Below, one piece after another: positions 38,781 to 50,125 of a DNA stretch of 64,000 nucleotides; the stretch's first letter is position 1; each line of letters begins with the position of its first letter. Below the pieces are notes generated by a model. That model saw only the letters and a list, made by a program, of their open reading frames with translations, ran no database searches and was not told where the DNA came from. Made by a program: the position numbers and the translations under genes. The DNA is from Alphaproteobacteria bacterium. Lineage in GTDB: Bacteria > Pseudomonadota > Alphaproteobacteria > CAAHEQ01 > UBA3637. The DNA is taken from contig JAZLCE010000021.1 of the NCBI GenBank assembly GCA_045614025.1, positions 887-64,886 on the forward strand, in the 5' to 3' direction.

Positions 38781-41606
38781 CTAACTCAACTCTTGCAACA
38801 TTTTAACAAATTTATTCAATCTAACACTATTTGATCCCTTTACCAAAACAATGTCATTTTCTTTAATTTCTGAGATAATACCCTTCATAAAATCATCAAC
38901 AGTTTCAAAATAACCGCCTTGAAGATGAACTGGCAATAACTCATATAAATATTTCATTAGTGTTCCTATGGTATATACCCGATCAATTTGATTTTCAAGA
39001 ATATTTTTTAATAAATCTTTATGCAATTGAATAGAGTGCTCTCCCAATTCCAACATTTGCCCCAAAACAGCCACTTTTCGACCACCTGTTTGTTTTGATA
39101 AAACAGATAAGGATGCTTTCATAGAAGATGGATTTGCATTATAGCAATCATCAATCAAGGTTATTTTTTTGTTTCCATTTAACATTAATTGTTGCATCAA
39201 TCCTCTACCTTGAATTGGCTTTGTGGTTTGAATAACATCTAAAACATTTTCAAAATTAACACCCAAAGCATCAACTCCCGCTAAAACAGCCAATGAATTC
39301 ATCGCAAAATGTTGCCCTAAAAAATTAATCTGATAAGAATATTTTTTATCTTTTCTTTCAAATTCAACCAAACATTTATCAGAAATATGACAAGAAATTA
39401 ATTTAAAATCAGCCTCATTATTTTTACCAAATGAAACAACTTTTAATCCCATTTCTATTGCTTTTTTTTGCATAATATCAAAAAAAGGTGAATCCCCATT
39501 TAATATGGCAACACTTCCTTTTTCTTGTCCTTCAAAAATTTCAGACTTTGCCAACGCAATTTCTTCTTCTGAGTTAAAAAACTCCCTATGCGCAGAGCCG
39601 ATCATTGTGATAATACTGGCATGTGGTCGAAGTAATTTTGTTAATTTTGAAATTTCACCTTTATGATTCATCCCTAATTCAATTACAGCATATTGTGTTT
39701 TAGGATGCATAGCAGCTAACGTTAAAGGAACACCAATTTCATTATTAAAATTGCCTTTTGTTGCATGCGTTTTTCCATATTTTTCAAAACAGGTTTTCAA
39801 CATTTCTTTTGTTGTTGTTTTTCCTGAACTTCCTGTGACGCCGATAACCCGTGCCGCAGTATTTGCTCGTCTATATACGGCTAATTTTTCAAGGGCGTCC
39901 ATCACATTTGGAACAATAATTTGCCTTTCTTTTTGAACAAATTGAACTTCTTTTTCAACTAAACAAGCTCCTGCTCCTTTTTCAATGGCAACTTTAACAA
40001 ATTGATGGCCATCAACTTTTTCACCTTTAAGCGCAAAAAATAAATCTCCTGGAACTAATGTTCTTGTATCAATTGAAACACCTGAAATACGGATACTTTC
40101 ATCAACAAAAACTCCTAAAGCAGCTTCTAAAGAAGATTTATCCCAAATAACTTTATCTGCAGCATTATCTGCAGCATTATTTAAAGCAGCCAATGCCTCT
40201 TGTTTATCAGAGAACGGATAGCAAACACCATTTATTAATTGACCTGTTTCATGGCCTTTACCGCATAAAACCAATATATCATTTTCTTTTAATGAGGAAA
40301 TCGCTTGGTAAATGGCTTCTTTTCTATTCGGAACAAGCAAAGCTTTTGGGCAAGCCTTAAAAATCATTTCTCTTATTAAAGCTGGATCTTCATATCTAGG
40401 ATTATCATCCGTTATAAAAACCTTATCAGCTTCTTTTTGAGCAATTTCTCCCATCAAAGCTCTTTTCCCCGTATCTCTATTACCACCACACCCAATCAAA
40501 GCCACTAAATTTCCTTTTGCATGTGGTCTTAAAGAAGAAAGAACATTATGAAGCGCATCAGGCGTATGCGCATAATCAACAAAAATATGAGCTCCACCTT
40601 TATGCCCAATGCATTCTAAACGTCCTTCAGGTGCTTTTAACTGAGGTAAATATTCAATCAAATCATCCATTGGAATCCCTAATTTAGAAACAAGACCTAA
40701 AGCACAAAGGATGTTATGCACCTGAAATGCCCCAAAAATATTCAAATGTATTTTTTTTGTTTTACCTTGATATGTTATTGACAAAAGCTGGCCATTTGGC
40801 AATGGATCTAACTTATTAATTTTTAAATCTACTCCATTAAATCCATATGAAAAAACAGGAATATTTCTTTCTTTTAAAATCAAACTTAATTCTTTAGAAT
40901 AAGGATCATCAAAATTTAAAACACCAATACCTTCTTGCTTTAAAAGATTTTGAAACAAAAGTTTTTTTGCATCAAAATAAGCTTGCATTGATCCATGATA
41001 ATCTAGATGATCTCTTGTTAAATTTGTAAATCCAGCTGACTCAAACGAAAAAGAAGAAAGTCTATTTTGAATAAGTCCATGACTAGATGCTTCTAACACA
41101 ACATATTCAACATCTTTCTTTTTCAAATTAGAAAGCGTTTTTGCAAGTGTGATACTATCAGGGGTTGTCATCTTCCCTTCTGTTAAAACATCTTCAACAT
41201 ATACACCTAATGTTCCAATAGAAGCTGCTTTATGGTTAAATGCATTCAAAAGCTGATAAACATAATAAGCTGTCGATGTCTTCCCATTTGTTCCTGTAAC
41301 AGCAATTGTTTTGATACCCTGACTTGGATATAAAATTGAAGCAATTTTTGCCATATCCACACTTAAATTCTTACTCTTAATAACAATTAAATCAGTTTGA
41401 ATTTGTCTGTCTGTTAAAATAGCAACAGCCCCTTTTTTAGTTACTTCATCTAAAAAATCAAGACCATCTACCTTTTCCCCTTTGATAGGCACAAAAATAT
41501 GCCCTTCTTTAACATCTTTAGATGAAACAGAAATCCCTTTAATTTCAATATCATCCTTAAAGTCACATTCTAAACAACTATCTTTTAACAACTCAGACAA
41601 CAGCAT
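38781..41606 (-). CDS. murE-murF: Fused MurE (UDP-MurNAc-L-Ala-D-Glu:meso-DAP ligase) :: MurF (UDP-MurNAc-tripeptide:D-Ala-D-Ala ligase)
   Basis: A single uninterrupted ORF of 941 aa from the ATG at 41606, with AAGAAGG upstream and 4 nt after the ftsI stop. The ORF-track start at 41645 would overlap ftsI. N-half: GTNGKTS, DNPR, GKGHE. C-half: GSSGKTTTKEM, DDCYNANP. Junction: ...ALAALNNAADNAADKVIWDKSSLEAALG. Confidence 0.88.
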   Translation of the reverse strand: MLLSELLKDSCLECDFKDDIEIKGISVSSKDVKEGHIFVPIKGEKVDGLDFLDEVTKKGAVAILTDRQIQTDLIVIKSKNLSVDMAKIASILYPSQGIKTIAVTGTNGKTSTAYYVYQLLNAFNHKAASIGTLGVYVEDVLTEGKMTTPDSITLAKTLSNLKKKDVEYVVLEASSHGLIQNRLSSFSFESAGFTNLTRDHLDYHGSMQAYFDAKKLLFQNLLKQEGIGVLNFDDPYSKELSLILKERNIPVFSYGFNGVDLKINKLDPLPNGQLLSITYQGKTKKIHLNIFGAFQVHNILCALGLVSKLGIPMDDLIEYLPQLKAPEGRLECIGHKGGAHIFVDYAHTPDALHNVLSSLRPHAKGNLVALIGCGGNRDTGKRALMGEIAQKEADKVFITDDNPRYEDPALIREMIFKACPKALLVPNRKEAIYQAISSLKENDILVLCGKGHETGQLINGVCYPFSDKQEALAALNNAADNAADKVIWDKSSLEAALGVFVDESIRISGVSIDTRTLVPGDLFFALKGEKVDGHQFVKVAIEKGAGACLVEKEVQFVQKERQIIVPNVMDALEKLAVYRRANTAARVIGVTGSSGKTTTKEMLKTCFEKYGKTHATKGNFNNEIGVPLTLAAMHPKTQYAVIELGMNHKGEISKLTKLLRPHASIITMIGSAHREFFNSEEEIALAKSEIFEGQEKGSVAILNGDSPFFDIMQKKAIEMGLKVVSFGKNNEADFKLISCHISDKCLVEFERKDKKYSYQINFLGQHFAMNSLAVLAGVDALGVNFENVLDVIQTTKPIQGRGLMQQLMLNGNKKITLIDDCYNANPSSMKASLSVLSKQTGGRKVAVLGQMLELGEHSIQLHKDLLKNILENQIDRVYTIGTLMKYLYELLPVHLQGGYFETVDDFMKGIISEIKENDIVLVKGSNSVRLNKFVKMLQELS
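40155..40178. repeat. Perfect 12-bp tandem duplication at the MurE/MurF junction
   Basis: atctgcagcatt occurs twice in tandem (40155-40166 and 40167-40178). On the coding strand it encodes NAAD-NAAD, the linker between the two ligase modules. Confidence 0.85.
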
Positions 41607-41610
41607 TTTT

Positions 41611-43353
41611 TTACCTTCTTTTTTTAGCTTCAAGCGATAATTCAACTGATTTTTTCATATATGAGGGTTGCTCCCACTCTGGTTGGGTTGCAACGCCTAA
41701 ATAAGAAGCAATTTCAAGAACAATTTGAAGCCCTGTTGGTTTGGCATTCCACCCAGCTGTGCTTGCATATTGTCCTTCTAATCTTTTTGGATTTTCAAGA
41801 ACAACTAAAACAGCATATTTTGGCGCATTCATTGGGAAAGCACAAACAAATGTAGTTCTCAACGTTCCTTCTGTATATCCTCCATTTACCAACATTTCAG
41901 CTGATCCTGTTTTTCCACCAACATGATATTTTTTAATTGGATCAGAATCTTTTAAATTCCAATTAATAACCCCCCACATCATATGACGGATTTGTTCAGA
42001 GACTTTTTGAGAAATCACTTGATATTCGGCTTTTCCCTTATTCCCATTTTTAATAAAAGTTGGCACACGATAATAGCCTCCATTCACTAATGCGCTTACT
42101 GCGGAAATTAAATGAAGTGGAGAAACAGCAATCCCATATCCATAAGAGATGGTTGCACTTGTCATATCAGCCCATTTTTCTTCTAAAGGATATTGGGTTC
42201 TTGTTTTTTCAGGCAATTGAATCGGCAGTGGTTGATAAAATCCAAAACGTGATAAAAACTCTTTTTGTTTTTGATATCCTGCTTTTAATGCAATTTTAAC
42301 TGATCCAATATTAGAAGAATGAATCAAAATTTCTGGGACCATTAAAGGTCGATTTTGCCCACGATAATCTTCAATTGTTTTACGCCCAATTTTAAATGAA
42401 GTCGTCGCATCAAAAATATCATGTGGGCGGATCACTTTATTTTCAAGTGCCATTGCTGTATTAAATAATTTAAAAACAGAACCAAATTCATAAGCCCCCA
42501 ATGTCGCTTTATTAAATCTGGCATCACTATCTGCATCTTGTGGAATATTTGGATTATAATCTGGCAATGAAACACTTGCTAAAACTTCACCTGTATGAAT
42601 ATCCATTACAATACTGGTTCCACCTAGTGCACTATATTTTTTAATATTTTCACTTAATACTCTAGCAACCGTTTCTTGAACAGACATATCTAATGATAAT
42701 GTTACATCGTTTTCTTGCAATTCTTCTTCATATGATTTTTCAAGGCCTGCAGTTCCTTTATTATCAATATCAACGCTCCCTAGCAAATGAGCAAATAAAG
42801 ATCCTTGTGGATAAACCCTTTTTTCTCCATCTGTTTCTTGCAAGAAATAATATCCCAACCAATTAACATCTTTTTGTTCAACTGGTGTAATATTTCGTTT
42901 AATATATCGAAAAGAGCCCCCTTGATTAATCTTTTTCAACACATCATCTTTTGTAACACCTGGTAAAACTTTTGATAAATTTTCAGCAACTGTCAACCGA
43001 TCTTTTTCTTTTACCTCTTTAGGATTAATTGACAAATCTTTTGTTGGAACACTTGTTGCCAAAATCATTCCATTTCTATCTAAAATATTGTGTCTATTAA
43101 TATTTAAATCCGTTTTCAAAACAGAAGGAACATACGTTCTTGATTGATAAGATAAAACTGTTAAATAAAATAATTTTCCAATAATAATCGAAAAACAAAG
43201 AGCAAAAACAAACATAATAAAAGCAATACGGCCACTTGCTTTTTGTAAAACACCTTTTGTTGCATCATCTAAACATTTATATCTATCCATTGATGTTAAT
43301 GGCGGAACTTCAAGACCTGCATAGTAAAATGTTTCTTTTTTGCGCTTAAACAT
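41611..43353 (-). CDS. ftsI: Peptidoglycan D,D-transpeptidase FtsI (PBP3)
   Basis: 580 aa. N-terminal TM, SxxK (GSVFK), SxN (HSSN) and KTG (GGKTGSA) motifs. Confidence 0.93.
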   Translation of the reverse strand: MFKRKKETFYYAGLEVPPLTSMDRYKCLDDATKGVLQKASGRIAFIMFVFALCFSIIIGKLFYLTVLSYQSRTYVPSVLKTDLNINRHNILDRNGMILATSVPTKDLSINPKEVKEKDRLTVAENLSKVLPGVTKDDVLKKINQGGSFRYIKRNITPVEQKDVNWLGYYFLQETDGEKRVYPQGSLFAHLLGSVDIDNKGTAGLEKSYEEELQENDVTLSLDMSVQETVARVLSENIKKYSALGGTSIVMDIHTGEVLASVSLPDYNPNIPQDADSDARFNKATLGAYEFGSVFKLFNTAMALENKVIRPHDIFDATTSFKIGRKTIEDYRGQNRPLMVPEILIHSSNIGSVKIALKAGYQKQKEFLSRFGFYQPLPIQLPEKTRTQYPLEEKWADMTSATISYGYGIAVSPLHLISAVSALVNGGYYRVPTFIKNGNKGKAEYQVISQKVSEQIRHMMWGVINWNLKDSDPIKKYHVGGKTGSAEMLVNGGYTEGTLRTTFVCAFPMNAPKYAVLVVLENPKRLEGQYASTAGWNAKPTGLQIVLEIASYLGVATQPEWEQPSYMKKSVELSLEAKKRR

Positions 43354-43677
43354 TTATTCTCCCCCCTCCTCTGATAATGACTTTGCTTCAGATTCTTCCA
43401 ATTTAATCGGCAAATCATCAACTCTTACCAATTGTTCAGATTTAATTACCTGCCAATTTGTTTGATTTGTAACAATAGCTTTTAAGCGTTTAGGATCATT
43501 TAAATGCGCCCATTCGGCTTCTAACATATGCAAATCTCTTTTTGTTTTTAAAATATTAACATGAATTCTTTTTAACTCTGTTTCTTTTTCTTTCACCTGA
43601 TACTTAAGCGTAAATAACGCCACACCAGAAAAAATAGCAACCATTAAAAAAAACACATTAATTAAAAACTTTTTCAT
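43354..43677 (-). CDS. ftsL: Cell division protein FtsL (alphaproteobacterial type)
   Basis: 107 aa. N-terminal TM, then a coiled coil with LEAEWAHLNDPKRL. Lies between rsmH and ftsI. Confidence 0.8.
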   Translation of the reverse strand: MKKFLINVFFLMVAIFSGVALFTLKYQVKEKETELKRIHVNILKTKRDLHMLEAEWAHLNDPKRLKAIVTNQTNWQVIKSEQLVRVDDLPIKLEESEAKSLSEEGGE

Positions 43678-43689
43678 CTATCCCCCTTA

Positions 43690-44613
43690 TTACCCTAACA
43701 AATAGGCTGCTCGCAATTTTGCTGAATGTGATCTAAAATTTATTTCCAACTCTTCTTTACTTGGCAATACTGCTTTTTTTGTTAAAACCTTAAAAACAGG
43801 TTTTTCATTCAGCATAAAACCCATAACATCATGTCTATTTTGATTGGGTTTTAAATCCGAATTTTGAATCATAAAATTCTTCACAATTCTATCTTCTAAA
43901 GAATGAAAAGTAACAACAACTAAACGACCATTTGGCTTTAAAACACGCTTAGCTGATTCTAAAACACGTTCCAATTCACCCAATTCATCATTTACAAAAA
44001 TTCTTAACGCTTGAAATGAGCGCATAGCACTATCAGATCCATCTTTCGGTTTAGGCATAACTTGATGAATAATTTCTGCCAACTCTCCTGTTGTTTCAAT
44101 TTCTTTTTGCGAACGCGCTTTTACAATATTTTTTGCAATCCGACGAGAAGCCTTTTCCTCGCCATATTTAAACAAGATATCTGCAATATCGGCTTCTTTA
44201 AAGGTGTTAACCACCTCTTTAGCTGATAATCCCTCTGTGCTCATACGCATATCTAAAGGGCCTGAAAATCTAAAAGAAAAACCGCGTTCTCTTTCATCAA
44301 TCTGCATAGATGAAACACCCAAATCAAGAACCAAGCCATCTAAAGGTTCTGTTAAATAATTTTCAAGATTTGAAAAACAATCTTGAACAAAGCTAAAACG
44401 ATTTGGATATGCTTTTTTTAATTCATTAACTGTATGCTGAACAGTTGGATCCCGATCAAAAGAAATAACTTTATTTGAAGCATTGGCATTTAAAATTGCC
44501 TTTGTATACCCACCTGCACCAAACGTTCCATCCATATAAAGACCTTCTTTTTGACAGTCTAAATACTCTAAAACCTCTTTAAGCAAAACTGGAAAATGCA
44601 ATTCAAACGCCAT
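43690..44613 (-). CDS. rsmH: 16S rRNA (cytosine1402-N4)-methyltransferase RsmH (MraW)
   Basis: 307 aa from the ATG at 44613, with AAGGGGA 6 nt upstream. The ORF-track start at 44634 is a TTG inside that RBS region. HFPVLLKEV, DGTFGAGGYT, LDLGVSSMQID. Confidence 0.92.
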   Translation of the reverse strand: MAFELHFPVLLKEVLEYLDCQKEGLYMDGTFGAGGYTKAILNANASNKVISFDRDPTVQHTVNELKKAYPNRFSFVQDCFSNLENYLTEPLDGLVLDLGVSSMQIDERERGFSFRFSGPLDMRMSTEGLSAKEVVNTFKEADIADILFKYGEEKASRRIAKNIVKARSQKEIETTGELAEIIHQVMPKPKDGSDSAMRSFQALRIFVNDELGELERVLESAKRVLKPNGRLVVVTFHSLEDRIVKNFMIQNSDLKPNQNRHDVMGFMLNEKPVFKVLTKKAVLPSKEELEINFRSHSAKLRAAYLLG

Positions 44614-44691
44614 TCTTATCCCCTTTTTTATCAAAAAAAGCCGAGCAATAGCTTTCGCTTCACCCAGCTTTTTTTACTTTTTATACAAGAC

Positions 44692-45114
44692 CTAGCCAAC
44701 AATTTCGTTCAAACTAAACCATTGAGCAATTTCTCTTTGTGCTGAAGCTGGTGAATCTGAGCCATGAACAGAGTTACGACCTTTGCTTTCAGCAAATTCA
44801 GCGCGAATTGTTCCTGCATCTGCTTCTGCTGGATCTGTTTTACCCATAACAGTGCGGTATTTAACAATTGCATCTTCGCCTTCTAATACTTGAACAATAA
44901 TTGGAGCTGAACTCATAAATTCAACTAATTCTTCAAAAAATGGTCTTCCATTATGTTCTGCATAAAATGTTTCTGCTTGTTTTCTTGTCATCCATACGCG
45001 CTTTTGAGCAACAATACGAAGACCTGCTTCTTCAATTTTTGCATTAATTGCACCAGTTAAATTTCTTTCTGTTGCATCTGGTTTAATCATTGAAAACGTT
45101 CTTTCAATAGCCAT
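44692..45114 (-). CDS. ndk: Nucleoside diphosphate kinase
   Basis: 140 aa from the ATG at 45114, with AAAGGAG upstream. [18 protein letters not shown]. The 27-codon upstream extension in the ORF track has no support. Confidence 0.94.
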   Translation of the reverse strand: MAIERTFSMIKPDATERNLTGAINAKIEEAGLRIVAQKRVWMTRKQAETFYAEHNGRPFFEELVEFMSSAPIIVQVLEGEDAIVKYRTVMGKTDPAEADAGTIRAEFAESKGRNSVHGSDSPASAQREIAQWFSLNEIVG

Positions 45115-45222
45115 AAAAAACTCCTTTTCATTTTTAGCATTTTTAAAATCAACTTTATTCAAGATAAACCTACCATATTTGAAAAATATCGTCAAGTCAT
45201 CTTTAATAAATTTTTAACTTTT

Positions 45223-45903
45223 TTAAACAATTGTATTCCTTAAAACAGGCAACTGTTTTAAGCCCGCATGATGAAGCAAAAAATAAGCCGTTGTTGTTAA
45301 CCCATCTTGCAATGACTCTTTATCAATCAAAATATTTTTTTTATACATAAATTCAGGTAATGGCAATAACTTATCTTTATATGGTTCGCCCATTTTCCTT
45401 GAAACTGATCTTCCACTTTTAGGTGAAACATAAGCCAGATCGTTCACATCCCCACCACCAGCGCATTTTGAAAAATCAAGCCCAAACCCTAATGCTTCCA
45501 AAAGTTTTGTTTCCCATAAAACATAGTGCGCCTGAAAATCATTTTGTTCCAATCTATTTAAAAATCCTATTGTTTCATTATAAAAAAAACCATAATCAAC
45601 ACGTTCTGGCAACAATACATCTAATAAATAACAAACTGAGCTGATTGCACTTAATCTTTTTGAATCTTCTAAAAAAGAAAGATGCAAAGAACATTCCTCT
45701 TCAATGAAATAAGAGCCCATCTGTTCTAAAAGTCTTGCTTGCCAACGTCCCGTTAAAAAAGAAGCTGTCATCGGTGGTGTTTTTTTCTTCACAACACCTA
45801 AATGACGTCCCTTTTCCTTTGTGAATAAACTCACAATAAACTTATGATCACCCAAAGGTTTTGAGCTTAACACTAAAGCCTTTGAAAAAGAAAACTCAGG
45901 CAT
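45223..45903 (-). CDS. recO: DNA repair protein RecO
   Basis: 226 aa. N-terminal OB-fold-like KALVLSSKPLGDHKFIVSLFTKEKGRHLGVVKK. Overlaps the era stop by 8 nt within the conserved lepB-rnc-era-recO order. Confidence 0.75.
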   Translation of the reverse strand: MPEFSFSKALVLSSKPLGDHKFIVSLFTKEKGRHLGVVKKKTPPMTASFLTGRWQARLLEQMGSYFIEEECSLHLSFLEDSKRLSAISSVCYLLDVLLPERVDYGFFYNETIGFLNRLEQNDFQAHYVLWETKLLEALGFGLDFSKCAGGGDVNDLAYVSPKSGRSVSRKMGEPYKDKLLPLPEFMYKKNILIDKESLQDGLTTTAYFLLHHAGLKQLPVLRNTIV

Positions 45904-46795
45904 TAAAATCCAAACCCCAATCTTTATATTGCGATGGATCTTGCCGCCAATTTTCTTTAACTTTCACAAACAAAAAGAGATGAACTTTTGTTTCAAAAAG
46001 TTTTTCAAGTTCTTTTCTTGAAGATTCACCTATCTTTTTAATCATCTGCCCATTTTTACCAAGAATAATAGGCTTAAGACCTTCTCTCTCAACATAAATT
46101 GTTTGTTCAATACGTATCCCTTTTTCCGTTTCTTTATAAGAGTTTGTTTCAACAGAAAGTGTATAGGGCAATTCTTTTTGAAGCATCAAAAAAAGTTTTT
46201 CGCGTGTCACCTCAGCAGCAAACAAGCGATTTGGTAAATCGGTCAACTGATCAGCTGGAAACATCCAAATTCCAACAGGAGCATTTTGAACTAAAAAGTT
46301 TTTCAACTCGTCAATTTTTTCACCCGTTTTAGCTGAAATCATAAATGTATCTGTAAAAATTTTAAAATTATTTAACTCTTGAATCAATGGCAATAATTTT
46401 GCCTTTTCAATCATATCAATTTTATTTAAAACCAATATGGCCTTTTTCTTTTCTTGTTGCAAACGAGCTATAATTTTCTGAGTATTTTTATCCAATCCTT
46501 TTTGAGCATCAATTAAAAGAAGGCGTTGATCAGCATCATCTGATTCCGTCCATGCAGAGGCGACCATTGCTCTTTCAAATTTTGCTGAAGCAGAAAAAAT
46601 CCCTGGAGTATCTACCAAAACCAATTGTGTTTCTCCTTCAACAAAGATTCCTCTAATTCTGGACCTTGTTGTTTGAACTTTTGGAGAAACAATACTCACT
46701 TTAGAACCAATCAACTTATTAACTAAAGTTGATTTACCAGCATTTGGCGCTCCCAAAACCGCAACAAACCCAAATTTCATTTTTTTATCCACCAT
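45896..46795 (-). CDS. era: GTPase Era
   Basis: 299 aa. G1 GAPNAGKSTL, G3 DTPG, G4 NKID, C-terminal KH domain. Confidence 0.94.
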   Translation of the reverse strand: MVDKKMKFGFVAVLGAPNAGKSTLVNKLIGSKVSIVSPKVQTTRSRIRGIFVEGETQLVLVDTPGIFSASAKFERAMVASAWTESDDADQRLLLIDAQKGLDKNTQKIIARLQQEKKKAILVLNKIDMIEKAKLLPLIQELNNFKIFTDTFMISAKTGEKIDELKNFLVQNAPVGIWMFPADQLTDLPNRLFAAEVTREKLFLMLQKELPYTLSVETNSYKETEKGIRIEQTIYVEREGLKPIILGKNGQMIKKIGESSRKELEKLFETKVHLFLFVKVKENWRQDPSQYKDWGLDFNA

Positions 46796-46800
46796 TTACT

Positions 46801-47463
46801 CTATCTCTTTTCTTTTTCATAATCCAAACAATCTTGCAACAATAACTTTGCCGCTTCAATCATTGCTTCTTTTTTACTTGCGCCTTGCGCTCTTCGACTT
46901 TTCAGATCTGGCAAACTCACTTCCACTTCAAAAACAGGATCGTGGTCAGGACCTTTTTTTGAAATCACTTCATAAATAGGAATCACTTTTTTGTTTTTTT
47001 GAGCCCATTCTTGTAAACGACTTTTAAAATCTTTTTCATTTGAAACACCTTGCTTTAAAAAAGGATCCCAAACAGATTCAACAAATTTTTTAACTGTTTC
47101 TAATCCTTTTTCAAGATAAATCACCCCTAACACAGCCTCACAAACATCTGAAAGAACAGAAGAATTATCCCTTAAATATTCCTCATTAGTAACTAACGCA
47201 ACATCTAGTTTTAAACTTTTTGCAACAGCTGCCAATGTTTGTTCTTTAACCAAAGAGGTAAATCGAACAGCCCACTCTCCTTCTTTTTCTTTCGGAAAAC
47301 GGTGATAAAGAATATCGGCAACCACAAGACCCAATACTCTATCTCCTAAAAATTCGAGTTGTTCATAAGCCGCAGCTTTTCCCCCAATAGCTAACGTAAC
47401 CGCTTTTTTATAATTTTTTGATTTTTTTATTTCTTCCAAAATAATTTCAGCTTGATTAGACAT
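46801..47463 (-). CDS. rnc: Ribonuclease III
   Basis: 220 aa. RNase III signature EQLEFLGDRVLGL and a C-terminal dsRBD (GPDHDPVFEVEV...GASKKEA). Confidence 0.94.
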   Translation of the reverse strand: MSNQAEIILEEIKKSKNYKKAVTLAIGGKAAAYEQLEFLGDRVLGLVVADILYHRFPKEKEGEWAVRFTSLVKEQTLAAVAKSLKLDVALVTNEEYLRDNSSVLSDVCEAVLGVIYLEKGLETVKKFVESVWDPFLKQGVSNEKDFKSRLQEWAQKNKKVIPIYEVISKKGPDHDPVFEVEVSLPDLKSRRAQGASKKEAMIEAAKLLLQDCLDYEKEKR

Positions 47464-47471
47464 AAATCCTC

Positions 47472-48380
47472 TTATTTAATCTTTGTAAATAAACGTTCCG
47501 TTCGAATAAATTTTGGCCATTTCCAAATTTGCCACAAGGCACCAGTTCCATTATTAGAATAGAAAATTATTTCAGCTTTGCCTTCTAAATGCGTTAATGG
47601 AACAACTCCAAAAAACCTGCTATCAGAAGAATTATCTCTATTATCCCCCATTGCAAAGAAATATCCTTCTGGAACTTTAACTTCAGGTGTATCATCCGAT
47701 TGCATCATATCATTAATTTCATAAATTTCATGAGTAACGCCATTTGGGAGTGTTTCTAAATATTTTTTGTGCAAAATTTCTCTTCCTTCATTTTCAATTT
47801 TAACTGTTGAAAGATATTTTCTTTCAACTTCTTTTGAATTTAAATAAAGTCGCCCATTTTTCATTTGAACCGTATCTCCTGGAAGAGCAATAACCCGCTT
47901 GATGTAATCAACAGAATGTTCTAAAGATGGTATTAATTCAGGCGTTACTCTAAAAACAACAACATCACCCACTTTTGGACTTTTTTCAAAAATTCTTCCT
48001 TTTGGAATAAGAGGTAATGAATATGGGAATGAATGTCTTGAATAACCATAAGCATATTTTGAAATAAACAAATGATCCCCCACTAACAATGTTGGAAACA
48101 TTGATCCAGAAGGGATATTGTATGGCTCAAATGTAAAAGCTCTCAACACTAAAGCCAATAAAACTGCAAAAAGAAGACCTATAGCAGAAGAGTGCTTATT
48201 GTAAAAACCAGTACACACAAATAAAAATTCCCACATGGCAGCAGCCACCAAAAATATTAATACTGCCCAACATACCCATAATTTGGTTGGGCTCATATTT
48301 ACTCCTGCAAAAAGCAAAAAACAACCTAAAACATTGGCAATAGCAAATATAATCAACCCTATTTTTATCTCTTTTTTCAT
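47472..48380 (-). CDS. lepB: Signal peptidase I
   Basis: 302 aa. N-terminal TMs, catalytic Ser box IPSGSMFPTL, Lys box YIKRVIALPGD, GDNRDNSSDSR. Confidence 0.92.
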   Translation of the reverse strand: MKKEIKIGLIIFAIANVLGCFLLFAGVNMSPTKLWVCWAVLIFLVAAAMWEFLFVCTGFYNKHSSAIGLLFAVLLALVLRAFTFEPYNIPSGSMFPTLLVGDHLFISKYAYGYSRHSFPYSLPLIPKGRIFEKSPKVGDVVVFRVTPELIPSLEHSVDYIKRVIALPGDTVQMKNGRLYLNSKEVERKYLSTVKIENEGREILHKKYLETLPNGVTHEIYEINDMMQSDDTPEVKVPEGYFFAMGDNRDNSSDSRFFGVVPLTHLEGKAEIIFYSNNGTGALWQIWKWPKFIRTERLFTKIK

Positions 48381-48433
48381 TGATATTTTATCTCCAATAT
48401 GATATGATAATTAAAAATTGAAACAAAGTTTAA

Positions 48434-49570
<1,137 letters not shown>

Positions 49571-49576
49571 ATAACA

Positions 49577-50092
49577 ATGCCAGTCAAAAGTCAAAAAACT
49601 CCGCCAATAACAGAAAGACGCCGCACTTTTGAAGGGCTTGAACGGTTAACACTGGAAGTTAAACGCTTAACCCAACCTATTTTAGGGCAAAGAGGCTTTG
49701 CAGGCACAGATATCCTTGAATCTTGGAATGATATTGTCGGAGAAAATCTTTCACAAGGTATTCGTCCTGAAAAGTTAACCTTTGAAAAAGATAACCGAAC
49801 CAATGGCACCCTTCATGTTAAAAGTGCTGGTGGGGCTTTTGCCATTTTATTCGAGCATCAAAAGCAAAAAGTTATTGAACGCATTAATACCTTTTTTGGA
49901 TATCCTGCAGTGGCAAGAATTAAAATAACTCAGGGAAAATTAAGCTTAAAAAAGCAACCAATTATGCAACCAAAAAAATATATCAGTGAAAAAGAAAAAG
50001 ATATTTTAAAAGCTAAAGTTGCAGATATTGATGATAGAGAATTAAGAACACTTGTTTATCAAATGGGGTTAACGAGATTAGAAAAGAAATAA
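49577..50092 (+). CDS. DUF721-family protein (DciA-like candidate helicase-loading factor)
   Basis: 171 aa. RGFAGTDILESWNDIVGENL ... LHVKSAGGAFAILFEHQKQKVIERINTFFGYPAVARIKITQG matches the alphaproteobacterial DUF721 pattern as I recall it. Confidence 0.6.
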   Translation: MPVKSQKTPPITERRRTFEGLERLTLEVKRLTQPILGQRGFAGTDILESWNDIVGENLSQGIRPEKLTFEKDNRTNGTLHVKSAGGAFAILFEHQKQKVIERINTFFGYPAVARIKITQGKLSLKKQPIMQPKKYISEKEKDILKAKVADIDDRELRTLVYQMGLTRLEKK

Positions 50093-50123
50093 AAAAACCT
50101 TCTGTTAAAAGAAGGTTTTTTTT
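50092..50123. terminator. Bidirectional rho-independent terminator
   Basis: AAAAAAACCTTCT-gttaaa-AGAAGGTTTTTTTT hairpin between convergent genes. Confidence 0.65.
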
Positions 50124-50125
50124 AC

